From Octopus vulgaris (Eukaryota): DNA of 64,000 bases. Below the pieces are notes generated by a model. It was not told where the DNA came from and made no database searches. It saw only the letters and a program-made list of their open reading frames with translations. The stretch covers positions 2,170,001 to 2,234,000 of the forward strand of contig OX597833.1 of assembly GCA_951406725.2 (NCBI GenBank), written 5' to 3'. Below, piece by piece: positions 56,034 to 64,000 of this stretch. The translations under genes were made by a program, and so were the position numbers. Every line of letters starts with the position of its first letter. Positions within the stretch are counted from its first letter, which is position 1.

Positions 56034-56309
56034 CGAAAACTTTCGGTTATCAATTTCCTGGATGCGTCCAGAGATTTACATAAGAATATTTACAAACCTT
56101 ATAGGAAGCCCAACGATAGACTTAGTTATATTAATGAAGGTTCCTGCCATCTCCCTATAGTGTTTAAAAATTTAGTTAAAACCATTAGCAAAAGAATTTC
56201 TAGCCTCCCCTCCGATAGGGACATTTTTAATAGCGTTGCCCCAGTATATAATAAGGCTCTAAAAGATTGTGAATTTAGCGAGGAAATAAAGTATGTATAT
56301 ATAGAATAA
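56034..56309 (+). pseudogene. Penelope-like element (Naiad-like) reverse-transcriptase C-terminal/thumb fragment
   Basis: Stop-free frame without ATG (not in ORF track): VINFLDASRDLHKNIYKPYRKPNDRLSYINEGSCHLPIVFKNLVKTISKRISSLPSDRDIFNSVAPVYNKALKDCEF, matching PLE motifs FLD, Y.PYRKPN, YI...S.HP, RIS.LSS, Y..AL. Confidence 0.8.
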
Positions 56310-56390
56310 AAGAATGACTATCTGTATATATATATATCAGAAATACTAAATTTCTAAATCTCTCGTAGAGACATATACGGTGGTGGGGCG

Positions 56391-56530
56391 ATAGAATGGT
56401 TGTATACTGTCAATCCTGGAAAAAGGAAAAATGTGTCAAAGCCACCAGGAGGCATCGATGCTTCCTAGGGCTAAACAGCGATGGTGTACCTCCCTACTGT
56501 CACGTTCGTGTTAGATTGACAGTATACAAC

Positions 56531-56538
<8 letters not shown>
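56391..56538. repeat. 25-bp inverted repeat enclosing a CCTAGGGCTAAA-motif segment
   Basis: ATAGAATGGTTGTATACTGTCAATC versus GATTGACAGTATACAACCATTCTAT, followed by (TA)n. Confidence 0.85.
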
Positions 56539-56605
<67 letters not shown>

Positions 56606-57441
56606 TACTGAAAGTGAACAAAAACGCCATAGAGTACAATGAAACATTCGGACAGGTAGACGATACAAGGCGGACAAGAGAAACAACAATTAGGACAGGA
56701 AAAAAAAAGACTGGTCATTCGTGGCTTTCTTTACTCAGTCAAGTCCCAGAAGTCACGACCGTTTCGGGCAGTTACACTTGAGATTGTTCGATCTGGTTGC
56801 CCCCAGAAATGTCTAAGCTAAGAGCATTAGACCCGTTTGTAAGAAAGCTAGCGAATGTGTACGGAAACAGAGCCAAAAAACGGAGAACAAGGTAAACAAA
56901 AAGACGTAAAATCGTAAAATGGAGAACACGGTATACAATTACGAATACAAGGAAATAACAACAGGCGTCCTTCGACTGAGAACGAATCAAATTGAGCTGG
57001 CGTGTATGAAGTCAAAGGCTAATGGCAAGAACATGGAGGATGGACATAAGAAGTATTGGTGGTCGGCAGTGAGGCCAAGAAAGATCATGGCTGGCCGGAC
57101 ACCGCTCATGTGGAAGGAGGAGAGATGGGTATGGGATACATAAATTCGATTATTGGTTATGTTAGCCTCATGAAGCGACGGGTCTCATCCAAGGAAATAC
57201 TGCTTCAATACCTGATATTTTGGGGTAAATGATTTTCTTAAAATAATAGGTGTATTTATAAAACCATATGATTGATTGATTCTAGTTTCAGCTCATGAGC
57301 TGTGGCCATGCTGGGGCTCATATAAAAGATGAAAAAGAAAATGGAGACTGGAAAGCTAATTACTTATTATTGACAACAAATCAATAAGGATGATGATTGA
57401 TTTGTTGTTAATTATCAACAATTATTCATTTCCCAGTCCCC

Positions 57442-57560
57442 ATTCTTCTTCTTCTTCTTCTTCTTCTTCTTCTTCTTCTTCTTCTTCTTCTTCTTCTTCT
57501 TCTTCTTCTTCTTCTTCTTCTTCTTCTTCTTCTTCTTCTTCTTCTTCTTCTTCTTCTTCT
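57442..57560. repeat. (TTC)n microsatellite
   Basis: Direct inspection. Confidence 0.95.
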
Positions 57561-57584
57561 ATATATATATATATATATATATAT

Positions 57585-57790
57585 TCTTGTATTCTTTTAC
57601 TTGTTTCAGTCATTTTACTGCGGCCATGCTGGAGCACTGCCTTTAGTCAAGCAGATTGACGCCAGGACTTATTGTTTGTAAGCCTTAGTACTTATACTCT
57701 CGGTCTCTTTTGCCGAAGCGCAAGTTACGGGGGATATAAACACACCAGCATCGGATGTCAAGTGACGTTGGGGGGGACAAACACAGACAC
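57585..57790 (-). mobile_element. SINE-B tail-only fragment
   Basis: Tail half up to GGGGACAAACACAGACAC; head absent. Confidence 0.85.
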
Positions 57791-57839
57791 ATGAATATAT
57801 ACAACTATCCCGGAAACAGCTGTAAGACATCTTTATAAA

Positions 57840-57939
57840 TGTTCTGAAATCTATTCACAGCCTTGAATTTTTTAATCATATATATATATATATATATATA
57901 TGATTAAAAAATTCAAGGCTGTGAATAGTTTTCAGAACA
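57840..57939. repeat. Palindrome: ~39 bp arms around (TA)n
   Basis: TGTTCTGAAATCTATTCACAGCCTTGAATTTTTTAATCA versus TGATTAAAAAATTCAAGGCTGTGAATAGTTTTCAGAACA. Confidence 0.9.
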
Positions 57940-58137
57940 CACACACATATATATATATATATGTGTGTATATTATTAATATTTATCAAAGACAAGAGAGT
58001 AACTCAGGGACTCAGAGTTTCGTGAGTTAGCACTTATATACTATATACATGCACGAACGTTTTGATATATACATATGTGCGTGTGTGTATGTGTGTGTGT
58101 GCGCGTGTCTATATAAATATGTATGTCTTCAAAAGAT

Positions 58138-58206
<69 letters not shown>

Positions 58207-58419
58207 TATATAGTACATGTGATATGCGTATGTACACGTATATCTAAGCAGGCAATCATATACTTTAACAATTACCATTATATCATTATTCCTGGGCTTC
58301 AATTAGGTTCGTTTCCGTTTGGGAAATATAAATACAGATTGGAGAAATTGGTGGAACCAATACTTGTTGGCCGTGATGGTGGCTCTGGTGTCCTGCCTGC
58401 CGGCATTGCAGTATCGGCA

Positions 58420-59034
58420 GCTGTAGTAGTGGTGTCGGTGGTGGTGATGGCGATATTAGTGGTGGTGATGGTCGTGGTAGCGGTAGTAGTTGCTGTGTGT
58501 GTCTGAGTGTAATAGCCTTGCTTTCGAACTAGTCGTATGTACGTTTGTACTAATGATGACGTGGCTGACGTCGTTGGTGGTGATGACAATTATGACGGTG
58601 GAGAAGGAAGTGGCGGCGGAGTTAGTGGTGGTGCTGGTGGTGCTGGTTCTGGTGCTGGTGCTGGTGGCGGCGGTAGAGGTGGTAGTGATGGTATTAGTGG
58701 TATTAGTAGTGGTGGTGTGGTGGTGGTGGTGGTGGTGGTGGTGGTGGTGGTGGTGGTGGTGGTGGTGGTGGTGGTGGTGGTGGTGGTGGTGGTGGTGGTG
58801 GTGGTGGTGGTGGTGGTGGTGGTGGTGGTGGTATTAGTAGTGGAGGTGGTGGTGGTGGTGGTGGTGGTGGTGGTGGTGGTGGTGGTGGTGGCGGTGGTGG
58901 TGGTGGTATAAGTGGCGGCAGTGGTGGAGGTCATGGCGGTTGTGACGTTGATGATGGAGATGGCAGTGGTGGCGGCGGTAGTGGTGGTGTGTTGGTGATG
59001 GCGGTGGTAGCGATGATGATGGGGAGCAGTAGTT

Positions 59035-59069
<35 letters not shown>

Positions 59070-59090
59070 AGTGATGGTGGTGGTTTGGTG
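58420..59090. repeat. (GGT)n/(GTT)n low-complexity region
   Basis: Direct inspection. Confidence 0.9.
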
Positions 59091-59416
59091 ATCGCCCTGG
59101 CTATTACATATCATAATACTGTACCACAAAATAATCCAGAGTGTTTAAGAAATTTCGTTTCTCAACAACGAAAAGAATTTAGAATAAAATACGGTAGAGT
59201 TGTTAGTGTACCCTACGAGGTACCTTGTGGTGTATGATCCTCCTCTTGGAGTTGGATTAAGGTAGAATCAGTCCACTAGTCTGTTTATGGGTGCCTCTAG
59301 TCAATATCAGTCGGGAACAATCATTCTCAGAAGGCCTCCCGCCAGACAAGTTGTCCCGTCCCCAAATAACCAAATATAACACAGGCACTAACGTTATTCG
59401 ATCTCTGAGACCATTA

Positions 59417-59800
<384 letters not shown>

Positions 59801-60067
59801 AGTTTCTCACTGCAAAATTGTATATAAGACTCAGACTAAATATGTATCATTCAAAAAGGAATTTCAAAGAAATGTGTTGTACGCTTTGTGGTATGTTACG
59901 TAATTTCTCTCACCTACTTATTGTTGTATGTTTTTTTTTAAATCGATATTAAAGAAGTTCTTCTGGAGATACACCAACGATCATAAGCGGAGTGTAACAG
60001 CAATTGGTGATTACTTTGCCTGCGTCATATAGCAGAATCTACCAGCGTATATCATTCTTCGTTTCCG

Positions 60068-60877
60068 GCTCCTCCTCTTCCTCCTCCTCCTTCATCTTAT
60101 TCTCGTTCTCTTCTCCTCCTCGTTCTCCTCCTTCTTCTTCTTCTTCTTCTCTTTCTTCTTCTTCTTCTTCTTCTTCTTCTTCTTCTTCTCTTCTTCTTCT
60201 TCTTCTTCTTCTTCTTCTTCTTCTTCTTCTTCTTCTTCTTCTTCTTCTATTCTTCTTCTTCTTCTTCTTCTTCTTCTTCTTCTTCTTCTTCTTCTTCTTC
60301 TTCTTCTTCTTCTTCTTCTTCTTCTTCTTCTTCTTCTTCTATTCTTCTTCTTCTTCTTCTTCTTCTTCTTCTTCTTCTTCTTCTTCTTCTTCTTCTTCTT
60401 CTTCTTCTTCTTCTTCTTCTCTTTCTTCTTCTTCTTCTTCTTCTTCTTCTTCTTCTTCTTCTTCTTCTTCTTCTTCTTCTTCTTCTTCTTCATCTTCAAC
60501 GTCTTCTTCTTCTTCTTCTTCTTCTTCTTCTTCTTCTTCTTCTTCTTCTATTCCTTCTTCTTCTTCTTCTATTCCTTCTTCTTCTTCTTCTTCTTCATCT
60601 TCAACTTCTTCTTCGTCTTCTTCTCCCTTCTTCTTCTTCTTCTTCTTCTTCTTCTTCTTCTTCTTCTTCAACTTCTTCTTCTTCTCCTTCTTCTTCCTCT
60701 CCTTCTTCTTCCTCTTCTTCTTCTTCTTCTTCTATTCCTACTCCTCTCCCTTTACCTTTCTTCTAACTACTTCATCCTTCTTGTCTTACTCTTCCTGCTT
60801 CTTCTCCATTTTATTCTTATTTCTCCCCTCCTCCCCTTCTTTCTTCATCACCATCATCATTATCATCATCACTGTCG

Positions 60878-60914
<37 letters not shown>

Positions 60915-61132
60915 TCATTGTTATTATCATCATCCCCAGTAACGCTACAACATTCAGCTTCCTCTTTATCATCAACACAGCCGTCGTCGTCGTCGTCGTC
61001 ATCATCACCATCATCATCATAATCATCATCATCATCACCATCACCATCACCATCACCATCACCATCACCATCATCACCATCATCACCATCATCATCATAA
61101 TCATCATCATCATCATCACCATCACCATCACC

Positions 61133-61164
<32 letters not shown>

Positions 61165-61187
61165 CACCATCATCATCATGGCTCCGC

Positions 61188-61240
<53 letters not shown>
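60068..61240. repeat. (TTC)n, (CAT)n and (TTA)n compound microsatellites
   Basis: Direct inspection. Confidence 0.95.
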
Positions 61241-61242
<2 letters not shown>

Positions 61243-61361
61243 TACAACTTCTACCTCTCACACATTCTTAATTTCTGACGATAGCACTCAGCAACCAATG
61301 AGAAATTGCCACGTCATTGTTAAAAAACTATACCCAGAAACAAACAAAACAAAAAGAGAAC

Positions 61362-61431
<70 letters not shown>

Positions 61432-61952
61432 AAGATAGGGCAAACGTTTCTTTACACAAGCAGAGCAACTGATGTCTGGAAGATGAATGTTTGAACTAAA
61501 TCCAAAATATAAACTGGAGTTTCAAAACTGTTTCGCTTTTTTGCTGTTTGACTTTTTGGTTTTCGCTTTGCAACAAGTAACAGCTATAAAAAGTTCCATC
61601 CACTTCATCTAATTCACACACAACGTCTGCTTGTCCATTTACTTCTCCATTTCTCTCCACCGTCCGCGTCTCTCTATTTATCTAACCACATGTCTGTGTG
61701 TCTATGTAAAAATTTAACGCTACGTACTGGCTGAATTTTCGGCATGTTGAATAGAAATCCAAGCAGTATCTGTTCCGCTTTTCTCTGCAAACTAATCTGA
61801 TTTCAGATTCCACCAAGGTCATTTTTGTCTTTCATTCTTTTGGTGTGTTGAGAAGCAAAAGTACAAATTCAGTTTATGATACCTTCTCTCTTACGTTTCA
61901 TCTATAAATATTTATATATTAACCATACGATAATCAATGATCGATATGTTTA

Positions 61953-62360
61953 CTCTTTACTCTTTTACTCTTTTACTTGTTTCAGTCATTTGACTGCGGC
62001 CATGCTGGAGCACCGCATTTAGTCGAGTAAATCGACCCCGGGACTTATTCTTTGCAAGACCAGTACTTATTCTATCGGTCTCTTTTGCCGAACCGCTAAG
62101 TGACAGGGACGTAAACACACCAGCATCGGTTGTCAAGCAATGCTAGGGGGACAAACACATACACATACACACACATATATATATATATATATATCTACGA
62201 AGGGCTTCTTTCAGTTTCCGTCTACCAAATCTACTCACAAGGCTTTGGTCGGCCCGAGGCTATAGTAGAAGACACTCGCCCAAGGTGCCACGCAGTGGGA
62301 CTGAACCCGGAACCATGTGGTTGGTAAACAAGCTACCTACCACACAGCCACTCCTGCGCC
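61953..62360 (-). mobile_element. Full-length SINE-B with 8-bp TSD
   Basis: TATGTTTA at 61945-61952 and 62361-62368. Confidence 0.92.
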
Positions 62361-62399
62361 TATGTTTATATAAACAAATAAAAGAAAACCCATTCGATC

Positions 62400-62705
62400 G
62401 GTTACCATTCGATGAGTTTTTCAGTTGGCCTAATCAGCATAACGGCCTGCTCGTGAAATAAATGCTCAAGTGGCTGAGCACTCCTCAGACACGTGTACCC
62501 TTAATGTAGTTCTCAGGGAGATACAACGTGACACAGAATGTAACAAGGTTGGTCCTTTGAAATACAGGTAAAACTCATTTTTGCCAGCTGAGTGGACGGG
62601 AGTATCATGAAATAAAGTGTCTTGCTCAGGCTTTCAAGACGCCGCCAGAAATTGAACTCATGACTTCGTGAGCCGAAAAGCCTAATCCCTAAGCCATGCG
62701 CCTCC
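62400..62705 (-). mobile_element. SINE-C with the same tail as 34450-34740
   Basis: Minus strand GGAGGCGCATGGCTTAG...GAGTTCAATT...GAGCAAGACACTTTATTTCA...CCACTCAGCTGGCAAAAATGAG. Confidence 0.8.
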
Positions 62706-62736
62706 ACTTCATCCATCATTGATATTTTGTATATGA

Positions 62737-62942
62737 AAGGTGCCGAAGTGGCAGAAACGTTAGAACGCCGGGTAAAATGCTTAGCGGTGTTTCGTCTGCT
62801 GCTATGTTCTGAGTTCAGATTCCGCCCAGGTCGACTTTGCCTTTCATCTTTTCGGAATCGATTAAATAAGTACCAGTTACGCACTGGGGTCGATATAATC
62901 GACTTAATCCGTTTGTCTGTCCTTATTTGTCCTCTCTGTGGA
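62737..62942 (+). mobile_element. SINE-A monomer, tail type 1, 3' truncated
   Basis: GTGGCAGAAACGTTAG head, core and tail start. Confidence 0.88.
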
Positions 62943-64000
62943 CAACAACAACAACGATTACACCAGTGCCAAACTCTTTCGGTTAATTAATTTAAGAAAA
63001 ATGATCAAATGGAATAGAGGGAGTAGGCTATCTGTTTCGGTCTTATTGGAATCTCTTCAGCAAAGTTTAAGTGCGACAGCAGATCCCATAAGGGCTAGAA
63101 AAGTCCGTAGAATTTCTCGAGAGTTGACGCAGTTTTGGGCTATTTGATTAGAAACATATCCAGGGACCTCTCCTTAATCACCAATAAAAATACGAACATA
63201 ACATCCATCACCTCGTCTAATACATCAACGTCACTGCTATCAGCAAGAATATAGAGTCCATCTTCCCGACAACCAAAACTGCGACTTCGTATATCTCACC
63301 GGCAATTATATCATTAGCACCGCCGCCTGTTTTACAAATAGATTCACATTCATTACAGTAAACATAAGCAATACTACCATCACCAAAATCACTAGCAAAC
63401 CCACCATCTTGTCTAACACTCCGACATCATTACCAACAGTAACACCACCGCCAACACTACCCTATTTCCAGATAATACAACGACTGCAGCACTCACCTCC
63501 ACGTTGCCTCTCTGTCAAGAACACTACCATCGTCAACACAGCATTACTTCTGCTGTTAATAGGAATAGGTTTCCTACTAGAGTCACTAACACTACATACA
63601 TAATCATTTATACAGTAAACACGACAATTACCACCACAACGACCACTGCTACCAAGAGTACAACACGCCACCGGTCCTACTTCGTCTGCTGCGCCACCAT
63701 CGGCTGCAACTTCACCAGCAATACAACAACAACAGCAACAATAACTAACAAAGAACCACAATAACAACGGCAAGAGATTCAACAAAAATTGTAACAAGAA
63801 TAAAGCAGCTACCAGCTATAATAGCTACCATAAACAATAGCGGTTTTCTATTATTGTTGAATGCTGTTTTGCTGAACACTGCTACGACCACCAGGACTAT
63901 CAGAGACTCCGCCACCGTCACCGGTGCAACGACAACAACTACAGACGCACCACAGACGCTAACCACACTGTGTTACCACCTCACAATCGCTGGCTCACCA

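Noticed and set aside
58590-59129. Thr/Pro-rich mucin- or formin-like ORF
   Set aside because: Reverse complement of (GGT)n low-complexity sequence
63200-64000. Thr-rich coding region at window end
   Set aside because: Cryptic ACC/ACA simplicity with stops interrupting the frames

Overview
Eukaryotic, repeat-saturated, essentially non-coding DNA. It is most likely an intron or intergenic stretch of an octopus (cephalopod) genome, inferred from the extreme microsatellite density and the tRNA-derived SINE families. No intact host gene, rRNA, tRNA gene or CRISPR array is supportable, and nearly all ORFs in the track are translated microsatellites. The window holds about 40 copies of three SINE groups (working labels SINE-A, -B, -C). 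It also holds two young 5'-truncated Tx1/L1-type LINE copies inserted in (TATC)n, three 3' fragments of restriction-like-endonuclease (R4/Dong-type) LINEs in (TAA)n or (CATA)n, a Penelope-like (Naiad-like) RT fragment and a rearranged mariner. At least seven minimal hammerhead-ribozyme motifs from several families occur, mostly abutting microsatellites. Most notable patterns: retroelement families appear to partition the microsatellites as targets; a hammerhead family carries a non-canonical CUGU core; SINE-A forms fixed-junction concatemers that can be flanked by a single TSD; and fold-back inverted repeats recur at element ends. All family assignments are from motif recognition by eye, with no database search.
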